From IMG/VR virus record IMGVR_UViG_3300035659_000001: a stretch of 64,000 nt of DNA. One strand, 5' to 3'. Source of the DNA: a virus (Duplodnaviria > Heunggongvirae > Uroviricota > Caudoviricetes). This document shows, piece after piece, positions 27,982 to 37,619 of the stretch. How positions within the stretch are numbered: the stretch's first letter is position 1; each line of letters opens with the position of its first letter. Both the position numbers and the translations under genes were made by a program. Below the pieces are notes generated by a model, which ran no database searches, was not told the DNA's origin, and saw only the letters and a list, made by a program, of their open reading frames with translations.

Positions 27982-28611
27982 TCTGCAGGTGGTTCTGCTA
28001 AGATGGGACGTAATAGAAATTTTCAAGCAATATTGCCGTTAAAAGGCAAAGTTTTGAATGTTGAAAAATGCGAGTTAGTAAAGATATTAGATAATGAAGA
28101 GATAAAGTCATTGATTGCAGCGATCGGATATGACATTAAGACAGCTGATATGTCAAGACTTAGATATGGTAAAATTATTTTGTCTTGCGATGCAGATGTT
28201 GATGGTTCTCATATAGTTTCTTTATTATTAACGTTATTTTATAGGTTTATGAAACCATTATTAATGAATGGCAATGTATATATAGCACAACCGCCATTGT
28301 ATAAAGTGAAATATGGTAATAATGATTTTTATTTGAATGATGATGAAGCTTTAGCTGCTTGGAAAAAGAAAACTAAAAATCCTGAAAAAGCAATTATTAC
28401 AAGATTTAAAGGTTTGGGTGAGATGAATCCAGAGCAATTAGGTGATACTACAATGAATCCTGCGACAAGAAGATTGGCAAAGGTTGTTGTGTCAGATGAC
28501 GTTGAAACTGATAGAATATTTACAATATTAATGGGTTCTGACATTGATCAACGACGCGAATATATAATACAAAACGCATTGATTGTTAATGAATCAGAGT
28601 TGGATGCTTAA
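27844..28611 (+). CDS. gyrB: split-intein C half fused to DNA gyrase subunit B C-terminal (TOPRIM) fragment
   Basis: SAGGSAK.GR, PLKGKVLNVEK, DADVDGSHI, RFKGLGEMNPEQL; own AGGAG RBS at 27833-27837. Confidence 0.95.
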   Translation: MNILAINYTYCHPEKIELFEDDEQLHDIDVEEDHSFLIEGGFVVHNSAGGSAKMGRNRNFQAILPLKGKVLNVEKCELVKILDNEEIKSLIAAIGYDIKTADMSRLRYGKIILSCDADVDGSHIVSLLLTLFYRFMKPLLMNGNVYIAQPPLYKVKYGNNDFYLNDDEALAAWKKKTKNPEKAIITRFKGLGEMNPEQLGDTTMNPATRRLAKVVVSDDVETDRIFTILMGSDIDQRREYIIQNALIVNESELDA

Positions 28612-28621
28612 AGGAGATTGA

Positions 28622-31261
28622 ATGTTTGACGAAATCGAAAATGATGATATTGAAGAAAAAGTTGATATAAGTGATGAGATGGGTCAATTTGATGTTAAAG
28701 CTCATGAAATTTTGCCAAAGTTATATTTATCTTATGCTTTAAGTGTTATTAAAGATAGATCTTTACCTGATATTCGTGATGGTTTAAAACCCGTTGCTAG
28801 ACGTATTCTTTATAGTATGAATGAAATGGGTCTTAAACATAATAAACCCACAAGAAAATCTGCAAGAATTGTTGGCGATGTAATGGGCAGACTGCACCCA
28901 CATTCGGATGGAAGTATTTATGGTGCAGCAGTTAGAATTGCTCAACCTTTTGCTACAAGATATCCATTAATCATAGGTCAAGGCAATTTCGGATCTTTAG
29001 AGGATCCGCCAGCAGCTATGCGTTATACTGAAATGAAATTGTCTCATATAGCTGAAGAAGTTTTGGCTGACCTTGATAAAGAAACAGTCGATATGATGCC
29101 AAATTTTGATGGCACAATTGTTGAACCTAAAGTATTACCAACAAAATTACCAATTTTTTTATTAAATGGATCGATCGGTATAGCTGTAGGTATGGCTACA
29201 AATGCAGCACCTCATAATTTGACTGAAATAATAAATGCATTGCTTGTGTTTGTTGAGAATGAAGATATATCATTACCTGAATTAATGATGCATATTAAAG
29301 GGCCTGATTTTCCTTCAGGCGCTTATATGTTTAACACAAATATTCAACAAATTTATGAAACTGGTAGAGGTTCAGTTACTCTTAGAGCAAAAGCTGAAAT
29401 TTTTGATAATAATAAAAAGCAATGTATTATAATATCTGAATTGCCGTATCAAGTAGACAAATCAAAGCTAATTGCTAAAATAGCGCAATTGTATCAAGAA
29501 AAGAAATATGAAGGTATTGATGGTATTGTTGATATAAGAGATGAGTCTGACAAAACTGGCACTCGAGTTATTATTGAATTGCGAAAGGGTGTAAAAGCCA
29601 AAACTGTTTTAAATACATTGTATAGAAGAACAGAGTTGCAAACTAAGTATTCAATATTAATGAGAGCACTAGTTAACAATATACCTCAATTGGTATCGTT
29701 AAAAGATGTATTTTGGCATTTTATTGATCATAGAAAAAACGTAATTATTAGAAGGACTGAGTATGATTTACGAAATGCTCAAAAGAAAGCTCATATTTTG
29801 CAAGGATTTTTAATTGCATTTGATAATATTGAAGCATTGATTAATGATGTGAAGTCTTCATCGTCAAATGAAATTACATATCTTAGATTAAGAAAGTATA
29901 GCTTATCAGATGAGCAAATAAAAGCAATATTAGAATTAAGAATTCAAAAATTGGCACAATTTGAGAGAAGTGAGATTGTCAATGAATATACTGAATTACA
30001 GCTTAAGATTGAACAATTGCAAAAAATTCTTAGCTCTGAAGAAAACGTACTACAAGTCATAAAGGATGAATTGCAAGAGATTAAAGATAAATATAGTGAT
30101 TCTAGAAAAACAAAACTGATTAATGTCTCTGAGGATCAAGATAACATTGAGATAAAACAGATTGAAGAAATTCAAGATGATGATGTTATTGTTACTGTAA
30201 CTCGAAATGGTTTAGTTAAACGAACGCCGATAACAGAATACAGAATTCAAAATGTCAAAGGAAGAGGGTTAATAGGCGTTGATGTCAAATATGGCGATTA
30301 TGTAGAAAGTATGTTTCAATTATCTACTAGAGATGCAACGATGGTCTTTACAAACAAAGGCAATTGCTACAAAATGAATGTGTACGATATACCATCATTG
30401 GGTAGAACTGCTGCTGGTAGTTCAATATTGAACATACTTAATATGAATGAAGATGAGAAAGTTATTAGAGTTATTTTAATGCCGACTGATTTGACAAATA
30501 AGTCATTTTTATTAGTATCAAGAAAAGGGCAAATTAAGAAAGTTGATGTTGATAGATTAAAAAGACCAAGATCAACTGGCACTAGAATATTTGGTTTGAG
30601 TGAGACTGACGAGTTAGTTGACGTAGTTTTGATTGATAAGCCAAATGTTCATATTTTACTTGTTACTAGATGCGGTATGGCAATAAGATTTGAAGAAAGT
30701 GCAATAAGGTCATCCGGTAAAAACAGTTCAGGCGTTCGTGCTATTAAATTAGTGGATGATAATTGCATTATTTCTGTGAATATATTTGAAAAAGATAAAG
30801 ATTGTGAACAGCATATAATGATGGTAACCGAAAAGGGTTATTCTAAAAAGTCAGTATTAAGTAGATTTAGAATGCAAAGACGCGGAGGCAAAGGCATAAT
30901 ATGCATGGAAGTCAGCGACTTAACTGGTAAGATTGTGTCAGCTGGAATAATAAAAGATGAAAAGGAACAATGTATTGTTATTACTGAAATGGGAATTTTG
31001 ATAAGATTACGATCGTCTCAAATTAGATTATTAGGTCGAAGAACAAGAGGAAGTAGAATTCAAAATTTGCAAGAAGGTGATAAAGTCGCAGCAGTTGCTT
31101 TTCTTGGTGTTGTTTCAGAAGATGATGAAAAATTATTAGTCAATGTTGAAGATGCTAAAACTGATGATAGTGAAGTAATTGATGATGTTGATGACGATAG
31201 TGATGTAGTTGATAATGAACCCATTGATGAAGAAGAAACTGAGGTTGAAGATGAAGTATGA
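28622..31261 (+). CDS. gyrA: DNA gyrase subunit A
   Basis: DGLKPVARR, HPHSD, AAMRYTE (catalytic Tyr), beta-pinwheel CTD with QNVKGRG and QRRGGKG, acidic tail. Confidence 0.95.
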   Translation: MFDEIENDDIEEKVDISDEMGQFDVKAHEILPKLYLSYALSVIKDRSLPDIRDGLKPVARRILYSMNEMGLKHNKPTRKSARIVGDVMGRLHPHSDGSIYGAAVRIAQPFATRYPLIIGQGNFGSLEDPPAAMRYTEMKLSHIAEEVLADLDKETVDMMPNFDGTIVEPKVLPTKLPIFLLNGSIGIAVGMATNAAPHNLTEIINALLVFVENEDISLPELMMHIKGPDFPSGAYMFNTNIQQIYETGRGSVTLRAKAEIFDNNKKQCIIISELPYQVDKSKLIAKIAQLYQEKKYEGIDGIVDIRDESDKTGTRVIIELRKGVKAKTVLNTLYRRTELQTKYSILMRALVNNIPQLVSLKDVFWHFIDHRKNVIIRRTEYDLRNAQKKAHILQGFLIAFDNIEALINDVKSSSSNEITYLRLRKYSLSDEQIKAILELRIQKLAQFERSEIVNEYTELQLKIEQLQKILSSEENVLQVIKDELQEIKDKYSDSRKTKLINVSEDQDNIEIKQIEEIQDDDVIVTVTRNGLVKRTPITEYRIQNVKGRGLIGVDVKYGDYVESMFQLSTRDATMVFTNKGNCYKMNVYDIPSLGRTAAGSSILNILNMNEDEKVIRVILMPTDLTNKSFLLVSRKGQIKKVDVDRLKRPRSTGTRIFGLSETDELVDVVLIDKPNVHILLVTRCGMAIRFEESAIRSSGKNSSGVRAIKLVDDNCIISVNIFEKDKDCEQHIMMVTEKGYSKKSVLSRFRMQRRGGKGIICMEVSDLTGKIVSAGIIKDEKEQCIVITEMGILIRLRSSQIRLLGRRTRGSRIQNLQEGDKVAAVAFLGVVSEDDEKLLVNVEDAKTDDSEVIDDVDDDSDVVDNEPIDEEETEVEDEV

Positions 31262-31490
31262 TGAACTTAGTCAAAATGAATCATTTGAACATGATTTGAA
31301 TCTAAAGTTAGTTATGATATGTTGCGATTGTGGTCTTGTTCACAAGTATGACATTGAATCAATAAGTAAAAACAAAATAAAAATAACTGTTCAGCGTGAT
31401 AATAGAGCTACAAATCTACATAGAAAAAAGCATGTGTCTGAGATGAAAGATTTAGTAAAAAGCATTGCTGCTGTTATTAAGAAAAAATAG
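31251..31490 (+). CDS. small phage protein with CCDCGLVH motif
   Basis: GAGGT RBS before 31251; Cys/His motif. Confidence 0.65.
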   Translation: MKYDELSQNESFEHDLNLKLVMICCDCGLVHKYDIESISKNKIKITVQRDNRATNLHRKKHVSEMKDLVKSIAAVIKKK

Positions 31491-31505
31491 GCGTTAGGCA
31501 AAATA

Positions 31506-31867
31506 TTGAAAAAATCTCCTTATAAAAATTTAATTACTATGTTACAAAAAATACCAAAAGAGTTATTGAGTTCGGAGTATCGGATAGAGATGTGGAAAAA
31601 CTCACAGAAAATTATCAAGAAGCTTGAAAAAGTTCTGCCGATTTCCTCAGCTTATTTATTAGGGAGCTTCACCACTGAGAAAAAAAGACCAGCCGATGTT
31701 GATTTTATAATTTTACTTCAGATGAAAGATAAATCGAAATTTAATTGGTCGGTTGATTTTGTAGTTGCGCCGCTGGAAAACATGGTGAATTTATATTGGA
31801 AGATGCTAAGAAGTGGATGAAGCAAAAGTATGGAACGAAGAAATCGGCAGTAATTAAATTAAAGTAG
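31506..31867 (+). pseudogene. frameshifted minimal nucleotidyltransferase (Pol-beta/MNT-like)
   Basis: YLLGSF...ADVDF motif. A second frame from about 31773 continues GKHGEFILEDAKKWMKQKYGTKKSAVIKLK* to 31867. Confidence 0.6.
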
Positions 31868-32272
31868 TTGTGGCCGAACATTGAGATAAAAGGTCATTAT
31901 GATGATAAATGTAAAGAAAAAATGAATTTAGTCATGCAATTAAATCAAGATAAAAAGATTACAATTCTATTTAGACATGATTTACAAAAAATGGGAGTAT
32001 TGGACATTCATAAAAAGTTAAATATTAATTTATTTGATTATTTAATTTCAGAAAATAAGCAAAAATTAGTTGAAAAATTTATGATTGATAATCGAGATAA
32101 TATTGAAAATTTGCTGCAACAAATTAAGTTTTCATACAATAAACTTATTGACAAAAATCAGCAATATAGTCGTCCAATTGGAAAATCTATTAGAGATGCT
32201 TTAAAAGATATTTCTTTTGAAAAAAAATTCCATTATTTATCTTACGAAGAAGCTTTAAATTATGGAATATAA
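31868..32272 (+). pseudogene. N-terminally truncated PD-(D/E)xK-type nuclease-like ORF
   Basis: Begins with TTG without an RBS almost directly at IEIKG; the upstream PD motif is missing. Confidence 0.4.
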
Positions 32273-32300
32273 ATTTACATAACCTTGTGAAAGATAAGAT

Positions 32301-34352
32301 ATGAAAACATTAATTATAGTAGAATCTCCGGGTAAAGTTAAAACTATTCAATCATTTTTGGGGTCTAATTTTTTAGTAAAAGCTTCAGTCGGGCACACGC
32401 ATCAAATTGAACCAAAAAGTGATGCAATAGATATTGAACATAATTATGAGCCAAAGTATATAATGATACCTAAAAAGAAAAGTGTAGTAGCTGATTTAAA
32501 GAAAGCTGCAAACGATTGTGATGAAGTGCTTTTGGCCATGGATAATGATAGAGAAGGAAGCATGATAGCGCACAATATCGCTACCTTTATTTTAAGTAAA
32601 AAGCATGATATTAAACGAGCAAAATTTAATGAAATAACTAAAAAAGCAGTCTTAGATGCAATTAAAAATTGTAGTGATATAAAACAAGAAATACCAATGG
32701 TCAATGCTCAAAAAGCTAGAGCAGTATTGGACATGCTTGTTGGATTTAAGGTATCACCAATATTATGGAAAAAGGTGTGCAGTGGTACATCTGCAGGAAG
32801 AGTTCAATCAATAGGACTGTTATTTATATCTCAACGACAAAAAGAAATTGATGCATTTGTAACTGAAGAATATTGGGACATAGTTGGTCAATTTTTGACA
32901 AATAATAAGTCATTTAAGGCAAATTATTCTACAAAAGAAAAATTGATTAATGAAGATCAAGTTAAAAAAATAGTTGATTCAATTAATAAGAGTAAAAACT
33001 GGTTTATTAGTTCAATAGCTAAGTCAAGAAAGAAAAAGTCGCCATTTCCTATATTCAATACTGCATCACTGCAACAGTTTTGTTCATCTGAGTTTAACTG
33101 GGATGGCAAGAAAACTATGAGAGTTGCTCAAAGTTTATATGAAGGTTTTGCAATAGGTAATCATGACAGAACTGGTCTTATCACATATCATAGAACTGAT
33201 TCAGTGAATATTAGTACTGAAGCAATTGATTCTGTAAGACAACATATAAAGACTGCGTTTGGGAATAAATATTTGCCAGCAAGTGCTATCATTTATAAGT
33301 CAAAAGACAAAAATGCGCAAGAAGCTCATGAAGGTATAAGACCCTCTCATCTTGAGTTTGAATTAAATGACATAAGACAAAGTGCGCCCGATGATGAATT
33401 TAGATTGTATAGTGCAATTTATAATAGATTTATTGCATGTCAAATGACTGACGCTGAACTTGATGCAACAAAAGTTGAAATAAAATCAACTGATGACAAA
33501 CACATATTCACAGCTAATGGTCAAATCTTAGTATTTGATGGTTTTTTGAAATGTTGGCCATATTCTACATTTAAGGATGAAGCGTTACCTGATTTAAATG
33601 ATGGTCAAAAAGTTGAATTGGATTCTGTTAAAGGTGAGCAACATTTTACAAAACCTCCAGCAATGTTTAATACTGCATCTTTAGTGAAAAAATTAGAAGA
33701 AGAGGGCATAGGTCGACCTTCAACGTATGCTACTATTATTGATACGCTATTGACTAGACAATACATTGACAAAAAAGGAAAAGCATTTGTTCCTACAGAT
33801 TTAGGAAAAAAGATATGTGAGTATTTGTTGACTGCATTTCCAGAATTGATGAACGTCAATTTTACTGCTAGAATAGAAGATCAATTAGATGATGTAGCTA
33901 ATGCTAATAAAGTTTGGTTTAAAGTGGTAGACGATTTTTATAAAGAGCTTGCTAAAAGATTAGATCTTGCAAAATCGTCTGAAAGTACTAAGGGTAAAGA
34001 TGTAACTGAAATAACATGTCCTAAGTGTGGTAAATATAAATTAGTAAAAAGATTTAGTAAGTTTGGAGCTTTTTATGGTTGTGACGGGTATTCGACAAAA
34101 GAATGTCTTGCTATGTTTAAAATTGGTGAGAATGGTGAGCCTATTGTAATAGAAATCAAAGAAAAAAGATATCTTGAAGGTGTTAAATGTGATAAATGTG
34201 GATCTAAAATAGTAATTCGAGTTGGTAAAAAATCTGGTAAAGAATTTTGCGGTTGTGATGCATTTCCTAAATGTCATAGAATGTTTTCATTAGACGGCAA
34301 ACCATTTGAGTTTAAAAATAAAAATTTTAAGAAAAAGAAATCTGATGTATAA
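32301..34352 (+). CDS. topA: DNA topoisomerase I (type IA)
   Basis: IVESPGK, DNDREG, SAGRVQS, LITYHRTDS, AQEAHEGIRP, GIGRPSTYA, two C-terminal Zn ribbons. Confidence 0.95.
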   Translation: MKTLIIVESPGKVKTIQSFLGSNFLVKASVGHTHQIEPKSDAIDIEHNYEPKYIMIPKKKSVVADLKKAANDCDEVLLAMDNDREGSMIAHNIATFILSKKHDIKRAKFNEITKKAVLDAIKNCSDIKQEIPMVNAQKARAVLDMLVGFKVSPILWKKVCSGTSAGRVQSIGLLFISQRQKEIDAFVTEEYWDIVGQFLTNNKSFKANYSTKEKLINEDQVKKIVDSINKSKNWFISSIAKSRKKKSPFPIFNTASLQQFCSSEFNWDGKKTMRVAQSLYEGFAIGNHDRTGLITYHRTDSVNISTEAIDSVRQHIKTAFGNKYLPASAIIYKSKDKNAQEAHEGIRPSHLEFELNDIRQSAPDDEFRLYSAIYNRFIACQMTDAELDATKVEIKSTDDKHIFTANGQILVFDGFLKCWPYSTFKDEALPDLNDGQKVELDSVKGEQHFTKPPAMFNTASLVKKLEEEGIGRPSTYATIIDTLLTRQYIDKKGKAFVPTDLGKKICEYLLTAFPELMNVNFTARIEDQLDDVANANKVWFKVVDDFYKELAKRLDLAKSSESTKGKDVTEITCPKCGKYKLVKRFSKFGAFYGCDGYSTKECLAMFKIGENGEPIVIEIKEKRYLEGVKCDKCGSKIVIRVGKKSGKEFCGCDAFPKCHRMFSLDGKPFEFKNKNFKKKKSDV

Positions 34353-34378
34353 TTCAAAGAAATGGAAAAGAAATTTTT

Positions 34379-34591
34379 ATGATAATGAGTATTAAAGACT
34401 TCATAAGCTTCCTTTATGATTCACGTGTTGAAGAATTAAATATAACAAATTTAGACGTATCGGATACTGAATATAAATTTTATGTAAAATGTAGATTGTT
34501 AGCAGCAGACAAAGCAATAAAAGTTCCTAAACTTAAACATAAAACTAATTTAATTGGAAGTCGTAAATTACTTCCAAAGTCAATAAAATAA
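34379..34591 (+). CDS. hypothetical protein
   Basis: Short ORF only. Confidence 0.45.
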   Translation: MIMSIKDFISFLYDSRVEELNITNLDVSDTEYKFYVKCRLLAADKAIKVPKLKHKTNLIGSRKLLPKSIK

Positions 34592-34606
34592 AGGTTGTAG
34601 CTCTTT

Positions 34607-35227
34607 TTATGGTGCTTCAATAGAAACATGACAAATATTTGATATGGTAGTTAAACCATCAGTGTTTGTTATGACTGCACGATAATACCCTTCTTTAAGA
34701 TCTCCTCCCACTCCAAACGCACCATCTATATATCCCACTACAACTTTCTGAATAAAGTTTGGAATATCTGCCCAGGTGTAAGGACTATTTCCAACTGAAA
34801 ACTGCCATTGCAAATTACAAATTTCATTATTATATCCAATAAAATCTACATTAAAAGCTACAGGGGAGTCTTCATCCGAGGCACTTGCATCTTCAAGTGG
34901 TTGCGTTATAATTACAGGTCGCAAATCTGCAACTGTGTATGTCTGTCTTACTGGGAGAGCACCTGCTAGATGTATCATTAGTAACATAACGTTTTCAACA
35001 TTAACATTAGCTGCATCTACAAATAAATCATACCATCCATTCTCAACATGAACCATAACTGGGTCGGCAGGATTTATAATTTCCATATAAGTAGTCGGTA
35101 AGGCCATCCTAATATCTGCTGCTGTAGCGACTAAATTGGTCACAGGTGTTATTCCGTCAACGTCACTTATAAATGGCCCTATTTTTAAAGTTGTACTACT
35201 GTTTAATTGTAAATAATCTTTTCTCAT
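34607..35227 (-). CDS. phage protein with IGPF..DG.TP N-domain plus Ig-like C-domain (paralog A)
   Basis: IGPFISDVDGITP, ENGWY, GALPV; LQWQFS...GYYRAVITN. Confidence 0.7.
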   Translation of the reverse strand: MRKDYLQLNSSTTLKIGPFISDVDGITPVTNLVATAADIRMALPTTYMEIINPADPVMVHVENGWYDLFVDAANVNVENVMLLMIHLAGALPVRQTYTVADLRPVIITQPLEDASASDEDSPVAFNVDFIGYNNEICNLQWQFSVGNSPYTWADIPNFIQKVVVGYIDGAFGVGGDLKEGYYRAVITNTDGLTTISNICHVSIEAP

Positions 35228-35268
35228 GATATGCCCTTCTTTAAATAATTTTTACTACACTTAAAGTT

Positions 35269-35859
35269 TTATGATTGTAATGTATTTATTTTTGAAGTAA
35301 TAGCTCCGACAGAATTAGTTACTATTGCACGATAATAACCATATTGCATGTGCCCAATATTGTCATCATTGCTTATAATGCCAGTAATATAAGGACCCAC
35401 AAAGGGTGTATCTTTCCAGTCATAAGGTGCATTTGAATTAGAATATTGCCATTGACATTGACAAAATAACCCAGTGAAAACTACATGGAAACTAATAACT
35501 TCTCCTAAGTTAGCAGAAACTAAATCTGCAACGTCATAAGTAAAAATAGGGGGTTGATAAACAGCCACTTCATAAGTATGCTTAAAGGGAAGAGCTCCCG
35601 GTAGCTGAACTGATAAAATCAGTTTTCCTAAAGTGGCACCAAGTAATTCAAGTCTAAACCATCCGTGTTCTTTGTGTTCAAAGAACGTTCCTACAATGCC
35701 TTGCTCAAACGCACCATCGTTCTTTGATATCCTTACATCACTTGGCACTACTGTTAGAGTTGTTAAAGGCGTCTTACCATCTACTGAGCTAATAAACGGT
35801 CCTATGTTCAGTGGATAATTTCCGCCATTTAATGGAATCAAATCTTTCTTCTGCCACAT
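35269..35859 (-). CDS. phage protein with IGPF..DG.TP N-domain plus Ig-like C-domain (paralog B)
   Basis: IGPFISSVDGKTP, EHGWF, GALPF; CQWQYS...GYYRAIVTN. Confidence 0.7.
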   Translation of the reverse strand: MWQKKDLIPLNGGNYPLNIGPFISSVDGKTPLTTLTVVPSDVRISKNDGAFEQGIVGTFFEHKEHGWFRLELLGATLGKLILSVQLPGALPFKHTYEVAVYQPPIFTYDVADLVSANLGEVISFHVVFTGLFCQCQWQYSNSNAPYDWKDTPFVGPYITGIISNDDNIGHMQYGYYRAIVTNSVGAITSKINTLQS

Positions 35860-36045
35860 ATTTCAGTTCCTTCCTTTATTACTACTACATTTGCTTGACT
35901 ATTTTTAAATGATACACAAAACTAAATTTTTAATGTTCACTGACAAGTTGTAGTTTATCACAAAATGTTTAGAATTTTTTATGTTTCAATATGCTCTTTG
36001 TAAATGTTACTATAGTTAATTTAGATTTATAAAAGAATTATTATA

Positions 36046-36080
36046 GATTTATATAGTTGATTTATATAGTTGATTTATAT
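36046..36080. repeat. 13-nt tandem repeat GATTTATATAGTT (about 2.7 copies) in a divergent intergenic region
   Basis: Read directly from the sequence. Confidence 0.8.
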
Positions 36081-36165
36081 CGTCTAAAATGCAAACGTAT
36101 CTTTTCATTAAACAGTGATTATTTTCTCTTTATAAATATTATATATAATGATGTAATCAATTTAT

Positions 36166-36354
36166 ATGAAGAAGAGGTGTAATATGCGATGTCCCGATTG
36201 CAATGAAATTAAAGATGCAATGAGAAGAATTCCGATAGAAATTGTTGATAAAAAGACAAAAGAGATAATTGAAGTTGCTTATGGAGAAGTTGTATGCACT
36301 GATTGTTTTGTTAATAGGTATAAAGATAGAACAAAATTAACTATATATGTTTGA
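36166..36354 (+). CDS. small CxxC...CxxC protein
   Basis: CPDC...CTDC. Confidence 0.55.
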   Translation: MKKRCNMRCPDCNEIKDAMRRIPIEIVDKKTKEIIEVAYGEVVCTDCFVNRYKDRTKLTIYV

Positions 36355-36412
36355 GCATAATTTTGTTTGAATTGATTAAAGAACGATTAATAATATTAAC
36401 AAGGAAGATGGG

Positions 36413-37204
36413 ATGGACTCAACAACAACTATAACAAATGTATGGACTTTTTTAACTAGTATTGGTACTGTAGAAATTGTAATTGTTTTTTTTGCTATTT
36501 TTGTAATTTTAACAATTTTTATTTTGATTACAAAACCTAGCTTTAAGATAGGTAATAATTTTATTTTATTTTGTCAAAAATCAAAAAAACTTGTGTTGTC
36601 ACATTCATCATGCGTACATAATGTTGATTTTTGTCATATTGTGATAAAGACTACTGAAGTTGTTACAAAAATATGTTATATTGATTTCAAAGAATGCATT
36701 GATCGCCAAATGATGTATGTTGATGGGAGAATATTTGTTATTAAATCTTTGATACTTAATGATTATGCAAAATTATTAAAAAATAAAATAAATAATAATG
36801 TGCAGATTATGGTTCATGAAGATTATGTCATATATAATAGACTAGTTGAATCAATGTTACTAGAAGATGTTAAACATACAATAAATCTGTCTTTTGTAAA
36901 TGATAGTTTTGGCCTATTATCGCATGTTGACTTTGAAGTTTATGTTAATGATAAGTTTGAGTATATTTATCAAATTAGTAATGAGTTTATGGATACATGG
37001 TATATTAGTAGTAAAATGAATGTGACCAGAGAAGAAATAAGACAATCTACATTGTTATTAAAGCCAAAAATGTTTCAGATTTATTTTGATATTTATGAAA
37101 AAGCTGTGAAAATATTGCAAGAAAAAGAAGATCGAAAAAAAGAATTACAGAACGAGTTAGATAGTTTTTTTGAAAAAATTGTTGGAATAGAACGCAAAAT
37201 TTAG
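36413..37204 (+). CDS. N-terminally membrane-anchored hypothetical protein
   Basis: IVIVFFAIFVILTIFILI hydrophobic segment; coiled-coil-like C-terminus. Confidence 0.65.
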   Translation: MDSTTTITNVWTFLTSIGTVEIVIVFFAIFVILTIFILITKPSFKIGNNFILFCQKSKKLVLSHSSCVHNVDFCHIVIKTTEVVTKICYIDFKECIDRQMMYVDGRIFVIKSLILNDYAKLLKNKINNNVQIMVHEDYVIYNRLVESMLLEDVKHTINLSFVNDSFGLLSHVDFEVYVNDKFEYIYQISNEFMDTWYISSKMNVTREEIRQSTLLLKPKMFQIYFDIYEKAVKILQEKEDRKKELQNELDSFFEKIVGIERKI

Positions 37205-37227
37205 TTAACAGATTAAGGAGATTAATT

Positions 37228-37617
37228 ATGCCAATTTATGAATTTGTATGTAGTAAATGTGCTTTAAAGTTTGAAGAAACAAAAAAATATGATGACGATG
37301 ATGCAAATTGTCCAATATGTAATGAAAAAGCTGATAAGATAATATCAATTACAAACTTCACTGGAAGTGCTAAGTCAGTTGACATTTTTATTGGAAAAGA
37401 TGCTGACCATCGATGGTCAGCTATACAGGAAAGAAAAATTAATCGCGATAAACAGCAGTATGGTTCAGTTTCATCTAAGGAAATTAAAATTAAAAATAAT
37501 CAAAGAATTTCTAGTATTTTAGATAAACAAAAAAATGCATGTAATATTATTGAAAAGGCAAAGCAAGCTGCTGGAATTACAAAAAGAGATGAATTAAATC
37601 ATGTTTTGAAAGGATAA
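37228..37617 (+). CDS. FmdB-family zinc-ribbon protein
   Basis: MPIYEFVCSKC..FE...CPIC; AAGGAG RBS. Confidence 0.8.
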   Translation: MPIYEFVCSKCALKFEETKKYDDDDANCPICNEKADKIISITNFTGSAKSVDIFIGKDADHRWSAIQERKINRDKQQYGSVSSKEIKIKNNQRISSILDKQKNACNIIEKAKQAAGITKRDELNHVLKG

Positions 37618-37619
37618 TT

